Assembly (NCBI GenBank): GCA_951406725.2
Contig: OX597822.1
Coordinates: 60,450,001-60,514,000 of the forward strand
DNA length: 64,000 bases
Direction of reading: 5' to 3'
Origin: Octopus vulgaris
Taxonomy: Eukaryota
Shown here piece after piece: positions 1-14,643 of the stretch. The notes under the pieces were generated by a model, which was not told where the DNA came from, ran no database searches, and was given only the letters and a program-made list of their open reading frames with translations. Positions within the stretch are counted from its first letter, which is position 1. Each line of letters begins with the position of its first letter. Made by a program: the position numbers and the translations under genes.

Positions 1-9
1 ACACGCACA

Positions 10-45
<36 letters not shown>

Positions 46-968
46 TTTTTCGAAATGGTGGCTCTCGAAGCAAATGAAGCTGTAAATAATAGAGTATAGA
101 TATTGGGTTATATATACACTGATAGCGTTTATTCTTCTTCTATATCTCAATACTATTTTCTGCCAGTTATTACGGATGTATCACTAAAAACTAAAAAAAA
201 ACAAAACAAAAAAAGGAATTTAAAAAGAACCAACGGCAACAAGGATAATACAATAACTATTCAATATAGGACAACTGTAAAAGTGTCCTATATATAAATT
301 GAGGAGAACAACAATTGCTATGAGGCCAGGGTTAAAATGGGCGACTCGCAGTCGACTTTGTTCGGTGATATGTAAGTATAAGGAACACTCTTGATTTACT
401 AATTAATAACAAATCTTTACTTTCAGATGTGTTATCAGAACAACTAAGATTTAATATTTGTGCATAAAGACATTTAAGGGCGGCTTATCCTGATTTTCTT
501 TCTGCCCCTGAAATAAAGACCAATTCCCTTTCGTTTATTCATTTGATCTTAAAAACGACTTATTTTAAAATTGCTCAATGTTTCGACAAATTTCTTTCTT
601 GTGCAAATAAACACTTCTAATTTGACGGTTGAAAATTGTCAGCTTTTCCCTGTTGTTGTAGATTATCACGATCGTCCTATATACGGCAAACACGACTTCA
701 ACTCTTAGAAGCTATCTAAACGTGCTTTTTGCTGTCTAGAGAATATTTTACGAGACATTTTACGAACAATTATGCATGCACAAATATTTACATATATACA
801 TACAGGCATACAGGCATGCATAATACATACATACATATCACGTGTCATAATATTGACAATATTTGTAGCAATAATAGTACCCGTAATAATATTGCCAATA
901 TAAATTTAACAATAGTTGAAAGGATAATTAATTTACATACAAGGATTTTCTATTTTCTATCAGTTTCC

Positions 969-1200
969 TATTTTTTTATTACACACAAGGGGCTAAATAT
1001 ATAGGGGACAAACAAGGACAGACAAACGGATTAAGTCGATTGTATCGACCCCAGTGTGTAACTGGTACTTATTTAATAGACCCCGAAAGGATGAAAGGCA
1101 AAGTCGACCCCGGCGGAATTTGAACTCAGAACGTAGCAGCAGGCGAAATATCGCTAAGCATTTCGCCCGGCGTGCTAACGTTTCTGCCAGTTCGCCGCCG
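969..1200 (-). mobile_element. tRNA-derived SINE, family A (central domain resembles the MetaSINE domain)
   Basis: Minus strand reads ggcggcgaactggcagaaacgttagc...gagttcaaattcc (A/B-box-like), then gcctttcatcctttcggggtc..taagtacc. An 11-bp target-site duplication tatcagtttcc lies at 958-968 and 1204-1214. Multiple copies occur in the window. Confidence 0.85.
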
Positions 1201-1414
1201 TTATATCAGTTTCCATTTTAGTGAAGTCCATTCTTTACATATATTGCTGCCATAATGAACTAAGAATTTCACTCTAGCAAAAGCAGCATATTATTTTCTG
1301 TTTAGGTGATATTATTATCAGATTTCAACAGATTGTCTTTCTGAGTATTTTCTTTTGCAATGAGATGTTAAATTGTTTTGCTGACTCTGAAGGTTTGAAT
1401 TGCGAACGATGAAA

Positions 1415-1930
1415 ATATTTTGTAACAATGTTGAAACAATTTTGAAGCGATATAGCAATTATGTAAAAAAAAATAAACTTCATTGTGACAATGTTGGAAC
1501 TATATTGTAAAAATATTGAAGCTATATTATAACAGTATTGAAACTATTTTGTTACAATATTGCAGCTATATTGAATCTATATGGCAATTATGTTAAAGTA
1601 TGTTGAAATACTGTTGGGACTTATAAAGTAACACTGTTGCAATTATCTTGTAACAATGTGGAAACTATAAACAGTGTTAAAAGTATACAGCAATTATGTT
1701 GATATTATATGGCAGTGATGTTACAACTAAATAACATTGAAGTTAAACTATTCTGTTACAATGCAGAAACTACGTTGTAACAATATTGAAACTATACTGT
1801 AGCAATTCTGAAATAATACAGCAATTATGTTGGATCTGTATTGTAGCACTGTTGAAACTACAGTGTAGCAGTGTGGGAACAATATAGAATTTATTTTGAA
1901 ACTGTACCCAATCAATGTTGAAATTATATT
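1415..1930. repeat. Degenerate ~22-bp minisatellite (consensus ~aacaatgttgaaactatattgt); resumes at ~2560-2740
   Basis: Recurrent variants such as ttgtgacaatgttggaactata / ttgtaaaaatattgaagctata / ttataacagtattgaaactatt. Confidence 0.7.
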
Positions 1931-1940
1931 AAATATATGT

Positions 1941-2272
1941 GAAGGCGCATGGCTCAGTGGTTAGAGAGTCGAACTTACGACCGTGAGGTTGTGAGTTCGA
2001 ATCCCGGACCGGGCTGCGTGTTGTGCTCTTGAGCAAAACACTTTATTTCACGTTGCTCCAGTTAACTCAGCTGTAGAAATAAGTTGCGACGTCATTGGTG
2101 CCAAGCTGTATCGGCCTTTGCCTTTTCCTTGGATAACATCGGTGGCGTGGAGAGGGGAGGCTGGTAAGTATGGGCGACTGCTGGTCTTCCATAAACAAAC
2201 TTACCCGGACTTATGCCTCGGAGGGTAACTTTCTAGGTGCAATCCCGTGGTCATTCCTGACCAAAGAGGGTC
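1941..2272 (+). mobile_element. tRNA-derived SINE, family B (CORE-like central domain)
   Basis: A box tggctcagtgg and B box gagttcgaatcc, followed by gtgttgtgctcttgagcaaaacactttatttcac. A related degenerate copy is at ~27666-27950. Confidence 0.8.
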
Positions 2273-3043
2273 TCCGATGTTGGGACATCTAAAGCTATAT
2301 TAGTATCACCAAGGTTTGAATGAAAATTTTCTTTGCATTCACGTGGTAGAGGTTTCAAACATATTTCAAGATAGCTGAGTTAGTACCACTGCTATAGATA
2401 GCCCCGTAATGACTCAAGATTTGTCTGGAAAATTGATGAACGGAAATGTGAGAAACTCATCGGATGGATTGTTCTTAGATTATAGCTTTAATTTGTCGCC
2501 CGGTCTAACACGATCAGGTATCTCAGGGGTGACTTTAGAGGTATTTTCTATGTTCGTTCTATGATATTACTGTGTTGGAAATATATTAATACTATATCGA
2601 AAGGAAATTGAAATTGTGTTGAAATTATATTGAAATTATGTTAAAACGATGTTGAAACGATGTTCAAACTATAAAAAAAAACTTATATTGACGCTGTTGA
2701 AATTATTAAAACTATATCAAAGCTACAATGAAAATTAATTAAAATATAAATTTATATATATGTATAAATTATTACTAGGAAAGTTTGACAATTACTTCGA
2801 AGTTTGGGCTCACTGATCGTCATCAGATTACCTAATGACGATTAGTTAGCCACTACTGTCAACTCCTGTACGAATTGATATATTACTGGTCTATAAAGTA
2901 TTGAGCCATCCTACAGTTTTAATATTCATTTGTTTTATATATAACTTTAAATACAAAAACTTTTATGAGCAGTAATATCCCTATCTGTATGCATGTGTCT
3001 ATCTCACTCTCTTCTTTCGATGTATATATATAAATATTATGTC

Positions 3044-3593
3044 AGGTCACTTGCGAGTGCTACTGGTAACATGTAACCCAGTACAACATGCTGCATGGTC
3101 GGGTCGTCAGCGACTAAACCGGCAACCCCACCAAGCTTGCTTGGTGAGGAGAGTGTTTATTGGTCACCCTGCGGGATGAAAAACAAAACCCGTCAAAGGG
3201 CGGAGGAACTCTTGAGAGTCAACGGCCATCCAATAAATGTCTTAAGGCTGTATCATGCGCGGGGACATAGAAATAATCGGACTGAATACCCGATCGCGTA
3301 GTTAAACCATTGGGAGTGAAGGACTCCTAGCCTTTGTTAGGTCATCCTTCTAGGAGAAGGTAACTCAGGTAACTGGGATAACTTCGACATAAAACTTGCG
3401 GCTCAGTGGTTAACGATGATGTTGAGTTGTTCTTCTTTTCAGATTATGGCTGCTGTTGCTTAGTGAGTGGGATTGACTCAGTGCACAGCCTTTCCTCACT
3501 TTAAAAAATATCTTCTTGCACAGGCATTGCACGATAACAACATTGATAAAGCTTCGTGCAATGGCCATACTCGATAACGAGGGGGCAGCCACC
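3044..3593. mobile_element. Probable RTE-LINE 5'UTR-like fragments
   Basis: GC-richer block with catccttctaggagaaggtaactc...aaacttgcgg, reminiscent of RTE 5'UTRs. No ORF support. Confidence 0.35.
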
Positions 3594-3659
<66 letters not shown>

Positions 3660-4749
3660 CGGGAAGCTTTATGAAAATAGACAAAAGACGAAGGCAGGTG
3701 GGAAACAAACAAACAATTGTATTAGTATATATATATATATATTAGTATTATATATAATATACACCGAAAGAAGAACTCATAGATAGAATGATAGATAGAT
3801 GCATACATACACACATGCATGTGTGTGTGTATTATTACATTAAGAGCTGTTACTACAAGTAAAGCTTTACTTATAGATACACCCTTAATGTAATAATGTA
3901 TTTTAAAAAATTATATACTTAGTATTAATTTTTTTACCTTAATTGGTTTTACACGCTGGCTACTATGTGTGTGTGTGTATACATATACGCTGGCTACTAT
4001 GTGTGTGTGTGTATACATATATATATTATACATATACATACATCCATAACCTCCCCCACACACACACACACACTTATATACATATATAACTCAATGAACA
4101 CAGACATTCTCAACCTCTCATCAGTTTGTGGCCAAATATCATCGTAATTGAGACACCTTCTGATAATATTGCTCAATATGGCGGTGTCAGGAACATAAGC
4201 TGTTGGGAGTCATATGACGTATTCGTTAGGCTTAGAATCTCGATTGAAAATCATTTAAAATTCAGTATAAAATTCTGTTGGTGCCTCTTTAACTCAATGA
4301 ATTTTCAATGGATATTTTTTAATTTTATCCCTAAATTTGATAACTGGTTTAACTTGATGATATTCTCAATAAATACATTCGCTAGTCGAATACAGGTTTT
4401 ATAGTTCACAGATATGTAGAGGGATCTGCATCAGTGTGTGTGCGTTATGTTGGGTGATGGGTTGAACATCGAGAGAGGTTAGATAGTCACTTGATTGACA
4501 AGATTTTGTATTCATAGGTCTGCCATTGATAAATATGTGGAGTAAGGTTCTCTGTCGGTTACGGCGATGAATATTGAATTTCCCTGCTCGCAGCACTAGC
4601 GTATAAGCATCTGAATATTTCGCAGAAACTGGTGTCTTTTCATGTCGTGAGAGTGTGATATAATGTGACAAGACAAGATTTTGAGAATTACTGGTACAAC
4701 TGAGCAAGGGAGACTGTGTATGAGGAAGAAGGACAGAAAAAAGAGAGAT

Positions 4750-4966
4750 GAAGAAGAAGAAGAAGAAGAAGAAGAAGAAGAAGAAGAAGAAGAAGAAGAA
4801 GAAGAAGGAGGAGGAGGAGGAGGAGGAGGAGGAGAAGAAGAAGAGGAAGCAGGAGGAGAAGAAGAAGAAGAAGAAGAAGAAGAGGAAGCAGGAGGAGGAG
4901 AGAAGAAGAAGAAGAAGAAGAAGAAGAAGAAGAAGAAGAAGAAGAAGAAGAAGAAGAAGAAGAAGA
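4750..4966. repeat. Compound (GAA)n/(GGA)n microsatellite
   Basis: Directly visible; explains the poly-E/K/R ORFs. Confidence 0.95.
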
Positions 4967-5504
4967 TGATGTATTCTAGTGCTGAACTGGCACTTTTTCA
5001 ATACCAGATGCAGAAAAAGAGTTTACTCAACACAAAGAACGGAAACGACAATCCAAAAACCATTGTATTCGACAATGCCAGTTTGATGCTTATTATAATA
5101 TGTAAAATAAACAGAAAATTTCCTCATTAAAGAAATAGTATTTAAAAATTAATAGGCCTATTAGACAACACACATTCTTACATCGCAAGATGTGACAAAC
5201 TATGATTAGGAAGCTCACTTTTCAATCACGAAGTTTCCTCGTAGCTAAAGTTTCGTCAAAAAGAGCCAGATAGAATAAGTACCAGACTTTTACAAATAGG
5301 ATTGGGGTCAGTTTGTTCGACTAAAATTTCCATAGTGGCTCCAGCATGACTGAAACAAGTAAAAGATAAAAGAAAAGATGATACATACATACATACATAC
5401 ATACATACATACATACATACATACATACATACATACATACATACATACATACATACATACATACATACATACATACATACTAGTTCACATAGAAACAGAA
5501 ATAC

Positions 5505-7195
5505 CAAAATTACACACCGTTTCTTTGTGGATGACTTGAAACTTTATGCAAAGAATATGTATGAAATGAAAAAGATCCTTAACCTAGTTACAACATTCTC
5601 AAAGGATGTAGGGTTGGAGCTTGGTCAGGATAAATATTGTTATATGGTTGTGAGAAGGGGGAAAACTATAAACCAGACCAGTAATATCTCCATCAATGAT
5701 TTGACTGTTTCCCCCTACATCTGACGAGGAATGTTACAGGTGTTTAGGGGTGGATGAAAACATCTTACAATGGCACCTGAAACAAAACGAATATTACAAC
5801 CGAATAAAGAAAATTTGGACCTCAGACTCTCTGCATTCAATGAAACAGTGATCCACAATGTGTTTATAGTGTCAGCACTCATACCAACATTTGAGCTGCT
5901 TGACTGAACGCTTGATGAGATCCGAACTATTGATGTGAAACCCCGAAAAATACTAACAAGCACACATAATTTCCACATAAACAAGGCGGCAGAGGTTCAA
6001 CATCGATCCAAAATGCTCTTGAATGTCGTATCATATCGGCAACGTCTTTTAACCACCAAGTGTCGAAGTGCATCCTTTGACCAAGTCTGCATACACGAGG
6101 CTGATAACATCAAAAAACTTGGAAGGCAGTTCCTTGAGCAACATTATTTGTCTGATAACCTAGCATACATGCCCAAGGAAGTCGCACGACTCAACCGGAA
6201 CGTATCATCATGTGAAAGGGCGAGCCTATATGAGCAGAAGACTATGCATGGATATGTTAGTAGAAAGCTCCGAGATGATAGTAACATCGATCTCCGAAAC
6301 AGTTTATCGTGGACCAATAGCCGGTTAACTACCTCCCACTTTGAAGGGTATGCGTTTGCAATCCAGGAATAGAAAATATCAACCAAGTACCTGATGCACA
6401 AAATGGATAGAGATGCAGGAAAAGCAGTAAAATGTGACAACTGATGCAGATTTTGCGGAGTTAACACCGAAGATATCACCACATCATAAGCAGTTGTCCG
6501 AAAATGTCATCATGGTATTATCTACCGATGAGACATGATGTTGTCGCTAGGACACTCTATAATGAAATCCGTCGAAAGGATAACCCCGAGGACAAAGAAC
6601 CCACTCATAATAAAAAGGAGTACTGGTGGAATGTCCCAGTGAAGACCTCAATAAAATGTAAGCACAGCAGACCTGATATAATGATTTGGGTCAGAGAAAC
6701 TGTGCACAGTTGTGGAAATTAGCTGCCCAGCGGGTGTCAATATGAAGCTGAAGATCAGTGAAAAAGAGGATACCTACGCTGAACTATTAAGAAATCTTCA
6801 GTTACTCAATCCAGACTACTAGTTCAGATTTATACCCGTAATTATTGGAGCTCTGGGATATGTAACACATTGCCTAAATACCAATCTTGAGAAATTAAGC
6901 TTCTGAAAGCCACAAAGGTCCAATCAAAAACTACAGATCCAATTCATTACTGGAACTGTAAAAATCTATAAAACTTTCCAGAAGTTTATCATTTAAATAT
7001 ATATGAGCATTTTTAGATAGGCAACTGATTGCATGAGTATACATACATAAAACAAAACATACAAATCTGCACATATACAAGCATACATACAAAAATACCC
7101 CGTTGTTGATGTTGAAATTCCAAAAGGCTCTTTCTCTAATGGCAAAAAATCTTGAAATAAAACTGAACAATGATACACAAATATATTTAAATCTA
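5505..7195 (+). mobile_element. Decayed, 5'-truncated R4/Dong-like non-LTR retrotransposon (RT C-terminus + REL endonuclease)
   Basis: Motifs FVDDLKLYA, EGYAFAIQE, RHDVVA, WWNVPV..KHSRPDIMIW, with many stops and frameshifts. Confidence 0.8.
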
Positions 7196-7327
7196 ACGAC
7201 GACAATGATGATGAATGGAATTAACAACAGAATGTTGGTATACAACAATAGAATAAAAATAAATATTAAGCTTCATTTGTCCATGTGTTCATCAAAAACT
7301 ATTTCATTATAAGTAAACTTGAAACAC

Positions 7328-7535
7328 GGCGGGGAGCTGGCAGAATCGTTAGCATGCCGGGTGAAATGCTTAACAGTTTTTCATCTGCCACTACGTTCTG
7401 AGTTCAAATTCCGCGGACTTTGCCTTTCATCCTTTCGAGGTCGATAAATTAAGTATCAGTGACACACTGAGGTTGATGTAATCGACTAGCCCCCCTCCCC
7501 GAAATTTCAGGCCTTGTGCTTATAATAGAAAGGAT
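7328..7535 (+). mobile_element. SINE family A copy
   Basis: ggcggggagctggcagaatcgttagc...gagttcaaattcc...gcctttcatcctttcgaggtcgataaattaag; flanked by near-duplicated ttatRagtaaaYttgaa. Confidence 0.85.
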
Positions 7536-8317
7536 TATGAGTAAATTTGAATAAACTAAGTAAACAATTTCTGGTCATCATGAAATACATTTTAGCTTTT
7601 TTGATTTCACATTCACAACTTTGAACAGAAAATACATATGCGACCATTTACATTTTTGTAACGGGTCGTACACGTATTTTCCTGAAGTTGATTTCGGCCT
7701 GTTTTTATTTATTCCTATACAATATTCTTGATTACCTAATATTTGCAATAAAAAATATTTAGTATCGCGATAGTATAAGTATTTGGGGCCTAACCACCGC
7801 ATGACATTAAAAGATGATTTACTTAACTTATTACAGGTTTTTTTGTTGTTATTTATTTCATTTACTATATTTTACTTGTGATTGGGGAGGAGAGGATTGG
7901 ATTGAATTAGGGTGAGCTGTAGAAACATTAAACAGATAAAAAAATCCTAAAGTAAAAGAAACAATATTGATAGCATACTCCACCCAGTCGACAGTATCCT
8001 GAATACAGATAAAGATCAATTTATCAGCCGCAAGTTTAGTAAATCTAAACGATATAAAGAAATAAAGAAGTAAACATCTGGTCGTGCGTAGGTTATAAAA
8101 CAGGTGATAATCACAAGTATTTAGTTACAGGAAGATGACAGGAACAACAGCTTTTGTTGTACTACGTCTGTCATGGAGAATTAATGTTAATCAAATCGAA
8201 ATCAGTGATGTGATTACGTGGCATCTAATGTTGCCATGACTACGACAAGACAATCGATCAGAAAATAAGACCGTGAACCTCATAAGACTAAATATTTGCT
8301 TAAAGATTTCTTGATTC

Positions 8318-8349
<32 letters not shown>

Positions 8350-8749
8350 TTTTTCTATCTTTCTTTCTTTCTTTCTTTCTTTATTTATTTATTTATTTCC
8401 TTCTTTCTTTCTCTTTTTTATCTATCTAATAATCTAGCCAGTTTTCTTTCTCTATATCTATCTCTTTCCCATATTCTCACTGTCTCTCTCTAGTCCTTAA
8501 CCACTCATTCTTTCTCGCTTTCTTCATATTTTAAGAGTCTTTATCTTTCCATATTCCCAATTCCTTCCCTCTCTTTATCTCTCTATCGTGTATATAAGCG
8601 TACGTGTGATGTGTATGAGTCTCTGTCTGCATAAATCTCTCTTTCTCAATCACAGTCTCAGTCTCAATATATGTGTGTGTTTGTGAGTGTGTGTGTATGT
8701 GTCTGTGTTTCATTCGTATACACACGTACATTCATACATGAATATATTA

Positions 8750-8949
8750 GTGCGACCGCGTGTGTACCGTTGGAGAATTTTTTCCTCCGTCTTCCCTTCT
8801 CAGGATCTTTCATTTTCCCGTGTTTCTGACGAAGAGCTCCGCTCGAAACGTTAAACCCTCCTTCTCCCCTTCCTGAGCGTCCAATAATACTATATTTGTT
8901 CCACGTCCTCGCGTTGTTGTGTTTTCTCTTTTTGTTTTCATGTTTGGAT

Positions 8950-8955
<6 letters not shown>
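8750..8955 (+). mobile_element. Penelope-like pLTR fragment with hammerhead motif; second, decayed copy at ~20685-20888
   Basis: Two ~200-bp homologous copies, both ending catgtttggattaacta next to a simple repeat. Confidence 0.65.
8822..8856 (+). ncRNA. Minimal type I hammerhead ribozyme motif
   Basis: gttt-CTGACGA-a-gagc-tcc-gctc-GAAAC-GTT-aaac: stem I gttt/aaac, stem II gagc/gctc, palindromic stem III region AACGTT. Confidence 0.75.
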
Positions 8956-9005
<50 letters not shown>

Positions 9006-9759
9006 GAAGTTATTCTATATGGAGATTCCCATTCACTCTGGAGGTGAGAAGAACCAGGAAGCGGAAAATTATGTGATTATTTCACCTCTTGGTTTTAGGA
9101 GATACTATTATTTCTAGGAACTTTCTGTCTATTTTAAGGTGTCATTTGTAGGCTGTAGAAATTCCGCAGTCTTTTCGGTGTGCATTATGTCAACATAAGT
9201 TACTTTTGCCAAGACAATATCGCTTCCACCACTACACACTACAACCGGGATTGCATGACTAGACTATCTACATCCAAGCAACAAACTCAGAGTTACTGAG
9301 ATAAAAACACTTGTCCTCTAGAGTGCTACATTTCCAAAGATCTAGTGTAATAGATTTACGTGCATTCCACCGTGATGGTATCCCATGGGACTATACTGAG
9401 TTCATCGTAATCAACTAAAGTATTTTGTTTCGAGTCAAAACTTTGAGCGGTTACATTATTTTGATGATGTTGATGATGATGATGATGACGACGACGAGGA
9501 AAAGGAGGAGAATTTATTTACAAACCAGAATGGATCGGAGAAAACAGGATATAGTATAAAGACAAAATAAAAGAAGGAAAGACAAAAGATAAATATGGTA
9601 GATGGGATTTAGATCTTAAAAAATAACAAGAACGAAAACAAATAGCAAGAAAAGTTATGCTGAAACAAAGTTCCGCAATAGTCGGACGCTACCGGAAGCC
9701 ACTCCAGAAAGCCTCACGAAATCTGGATCGCCCAGACCACGAGAGCAGTTGCCCCCTCT

Positions 9760-10960
9760 CAGTCGTCATCCTTTAATCTAGAAGTATATGCACGGAGTAG
9801 GCCGGTTTACGCTTGCCATCTTTACTAGCATCACCCACATTTCAAATAATTTAATTGGGGTAAATCTTCCTCCTCCATTCTCACTTTCCTTTCTCAAGAA
9901 AACTTGAAAATGTTGAGGAGCGCTTGGCCAAAGAGAAAAGTATCCGTCTTAGATCCTTTCAACCTCGTTCCCAGTAAACCTCTTTCGTTTTAGCTATCTG
10001 GCATAAGAAAAGAAAACTCCATAGATTAGCAGTGCTGGAACACCTGACGTGTACCTGGAAGACGGTTTCGTAACTAAACGTACATTTTGACAGAACCGGT
10101 TGGTGGCATGTTTGTGCCTCTAAGTCGACGGTCATTCTCAAGAATATAATTTCGGTCGCGACACGTTTCTAATTGCCTCTTCTAATTTTCTTTAATTCAC
10201 TCTCTAACCTATTTTTCTATTGGTATTTCTTTACTAAAACTTAACGCATCTGCTCTAAGAGCCTTTTTCAGTGTGCTCCACCACCGGTTGCTGACGACTT
10301 CCCCAGTCAATTGATGTTTAAGGAAATCGTCAATCCAGGCTCAGGTTTTTTTTTTCTACACCGGAAGCGGCAAGTTCCAGTAGCCTGGCCCCGGTCTACA
10401 GCTCAAGCCAGAACGATCATGTAGATCACAAATTTATTGTCTGTGTAGCGACTGTTTGAAATTATGAACTTCCTACACTTTCCTTGTCTACTGACCAAAT
10501 AAATTATCTATATACTATCTGGAAAACGTGATGTGGCCACTTTTCTTTACGCTAGAACATTCGGGAAATTCAATTGGAAATGGCTCAAACAATTGGAAAT
10601 GGCTCGGGTTTTACATCCACTTCTCTTATTTTCCAGTTAGATACAATACCACTAAGATACCGCCCCAGCCAACCAATAACGCTAAAAAGTGTAACACTTC
10701 CAGATGCCTGAAGAAATCCAGTCGCCCTACACTTTCAATGGCATAGGTAGCGACTGGTCTAAAGGCGCCGCCTTTGCTGCTGTACACATTCAAAACTGCC
10801 CATCGACTTACCACCCAAGAAGATTGTCCTTAACTCGAATGAAGTAAGACAGCGCAAAAAAAGAGTAATACCATGGCCTAACCAGAAAGATGAAGAGATT
10901 ATGAAACCAAGTTGGCACTTATTCTTGTGGACAATTGGTACAATTGATACAACATCCAAA
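9760..10960 (-). mobile_element. Decayed L1/Tx1-like LINE fragments (APE endonuclease and C-terminal parts)
   Basis: GAFRPVATYA..GRLDFFRHLE matches the ORF at 29422; 10200-10460 is homologous to 29750-30030. Confidence 0.65.
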
Positions 10961-10985
10961 ATGGTACAAAGGGTATTGAAGGATA

Positions 10986-12290
10986 TTAGAATTGGGAGAC
11001 GCAGAAAATTAACAGAAAAGAAAGATTCTTGGCAGTTGAAAGATTCTTGAGATTATCACTATTAATTTCAGCTATGCCATTTGCTATTTCCTTTAATCTT
11101 GATTCACTGTAACCGCGCTTTACATAATGGCGCACAAAAGTATTTGCATATTTCCAATAATCCCCAATGCCTGTGCAAATGCGTCTTGTATGATGTGGAT
11201 GATCAGAGAGGCGATGGAGATAAATATGGGATGATGTGGGTTTGCAAAATAACTTTGTGGCTATTCGGCCTTCCGAAAATTTGACTTTTGTGTCCAAAAT
11301 ATCCGACGCTAGTTTTTGAAAAGCTCAACGTGAATTTTATTTTGGACTTAAAGCCATAGTCTTCCGCGAAGCTGTCACAGAAATGTAAAAAATTGACTAA
11401 ACTATCCTGTGTTCCTTCCCAGACAAAAAAGACGTCGTCAATGAACCGTAACCAGAGTATAGATTCATGACCATTCGGGGATTTGAATGCCTCCATTAAT
11501 TGCGTTTCAAGTTTTGTCATGAAGACATTTGCGAAATTAACTGCTATAAGTGTATCCATGGCATATCGCTTCGTCTGATGTAAAACTTTTCTCCAAATTT
11601 CATTGTTACTTTGTAACACAAATTTTAATAATTTACATAGAAGCTGAGGAAATACTTTTCTTTGACCATTTTTCAAAGGCTTTCATGCATGCTTCCACCC
11701 CATTGTCGTGATCGATGCTGGGGTGTAAGGAGGAAACATCCATGGTTACCAAAAAACAGTCTTTAACACTACTTCGATGTCTAGAAAAATTGTTCAATTT
11801 GGAAGCAATATCAAAAGTATCCCGAATGTAAAAACTTGATCTTTTAGCTATCGGGAGCAGAAAGCCATCCAGCCATTCCTAAATTTTAGCAGTGCAACAT
11901 TCATACCCACTGAAAATTGGGCGCAATGAAGGAAATTTTTCGAAATGTTTATGGATTTTTGGAACGTAATAGCTTAGATTCCGTGTCATTTATGAATTTT
12001 TTTCCTCCATTTCCAAAATTATTTTATCAAGTTTTTCTCTGTAATTGGGGATTTGGATCTACAGGTAGTTATTCATAAGAAGTTTTGTCACTTAAAGCTT
12101 TTTCACAAGCTGAGATTTTCCGTCCTTGTCCATAATTTCAATAGCGCCTCTTTATCCGCCATTTTTTTAATAACAATAGAATCAATATTTGCTAGGCGAC
12201 GGAGCGCGCTTTGCTGGGAATCTGTAAGGTTATTTCAGCTCTTCTTTTTACAGGTTTTAATGCTTTCTCTAATTCCTGTCTGACAAGATT
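10986..12290 (-). mobile_element. Penelope-like element reverse transcriptase (pseudogenised)
   Basis: Motifs VTMDVSSL, ANVFM..LE, WLRFIDDVFFVW, KLFCKPTSSHIYLHRLSDHPHH, typical of PLE RT and thumb; frameshifted. Confidence 0.85.
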
Positions 12291-12474
12291 CGAGATATTC
12301 TAACAGTGCATATGAACATCCCTCTGAACTTTATCCGGACCCAATTTGGATTCTTTAAAATCCAATTATGCCAGATCCAATCATCATCATCATTTCTTTC
12401 AAGAGACATAGACTTTTCTGACATCCCGTTACCAATTCTTTCAAGCAAATTTTCTTGGAGCTTGTGAAAGGTGG

Positions 12475-12563
12475 GCTACTGCCGTTCCTTAATATGTTGA
12501 CCTGGTAGCTCCTTGTAGGTAGGCATTGATTTTGGGCTGCTATGATAAACCCTTCTGTTTCTG
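12475..12563 (-). mobile_element. Short R4/Dong-like fragment
   Basis: Reverse strand encodes ETEGFIIAAQNQCLPTRSYQVNILRNGSSP, the same family as 13240-13330 and 15790-15870. Confidence 0.7.
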
Positions 12564-12776
12564 CTATCTTTTGTGAAAGACCAAAACTGATGACGTAATT
12601 TTACTTGGAAAGAAACGCAGTTATTCCGGTTTAATTTTCAATGTTTCAGCGTTTCCTATCTTTGAATTTAATTACTTTTAATATATTGAAAACTTGTAAA
12701 AGACACACAGAGTGTCGAAATATTGTTCAACCAAAAAAATGTCTATCGCAATCGCAGTACATCGCGCTCTTCGTCT

Positions 12777-14058
<1,282 letters not shown>

Positions 14059-14078
14059 GATAATAATGATGGTGATAG

Positions 14079-14124
<46 letters not shown>

Positions 14125-14125
14125 A

Positions 14126-14611
14126 TACATTGTTTTATCTTGGTATAAAAGATGGGCTACAACAAAAATTCTGCTCAGTACCACAGATTTGTTTGTCAGT
14201 TGTTTGACCTTAACCAGTTGACTATGTCCCTTAGTGGCTGACAATATGTGCATCTCTGATCATGAGCAGAAGTAGTGGGGGAGCATCATAGCCGTGTGTT
14301 GAAAGGAATTCTTAGAGGTGTGGATAATTCACCTCTGGAAACATGGGTGGTTCGTTCAACATCCTTAAACAATCCTTATTCAGTGACCTTTTGGGCGGGA
14401 TGGGCTACTCGACTATAAGAAATTTCTAACTGGGCCCCATCTGCAAGGTCATGCGCTGTTTATCTTGATATGAGATCACCATGTCACGCACATATGGTTG
14501 TGATGCATGTGCCTGGTGTACCCTTATCAGACGAGTAGTCATGATGGGTATACTGGGCTTCATATATTTTACCCCAGCGCCACTTTGATGGCATGCACTG
14601 CTCTCTCACTC
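14126..14611 (+). mobile_element. Non-coding (AAT)n-associated element, 5'-truncated copy
   Basis: Homologous to 38726-39282 and 41709-42027; ends ...ctctctcactc(AAT)n. Confidence 0.85.

Positions 14612-14643
<32 letters not shown>

Noticed and set aside
337-455. ATG, gtaagt donor at 372 and tttcag acceptor at 426 as a possible first exon pair
   Set aside because: The spliced frame stops after ~20 codons, the intron would be only ~55 bp, and there is no homology.
1415-1930. CRISPR-like periodic repeats
   Set aside because: Degenerate tandem units without unique spacers, no cas genes, eukaryotic context.
1941-2015. tRNA gene
   Set aside because: It has A/B boxes but no proper acceptor stem and continues into a SINE body.
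2786-2852. Hairpin with CTGATGA on the minus strand
   Set aside because: The downstream core reads GAAG rather than GAAA and the stems are poor; at best a heavily decayed pLTR.
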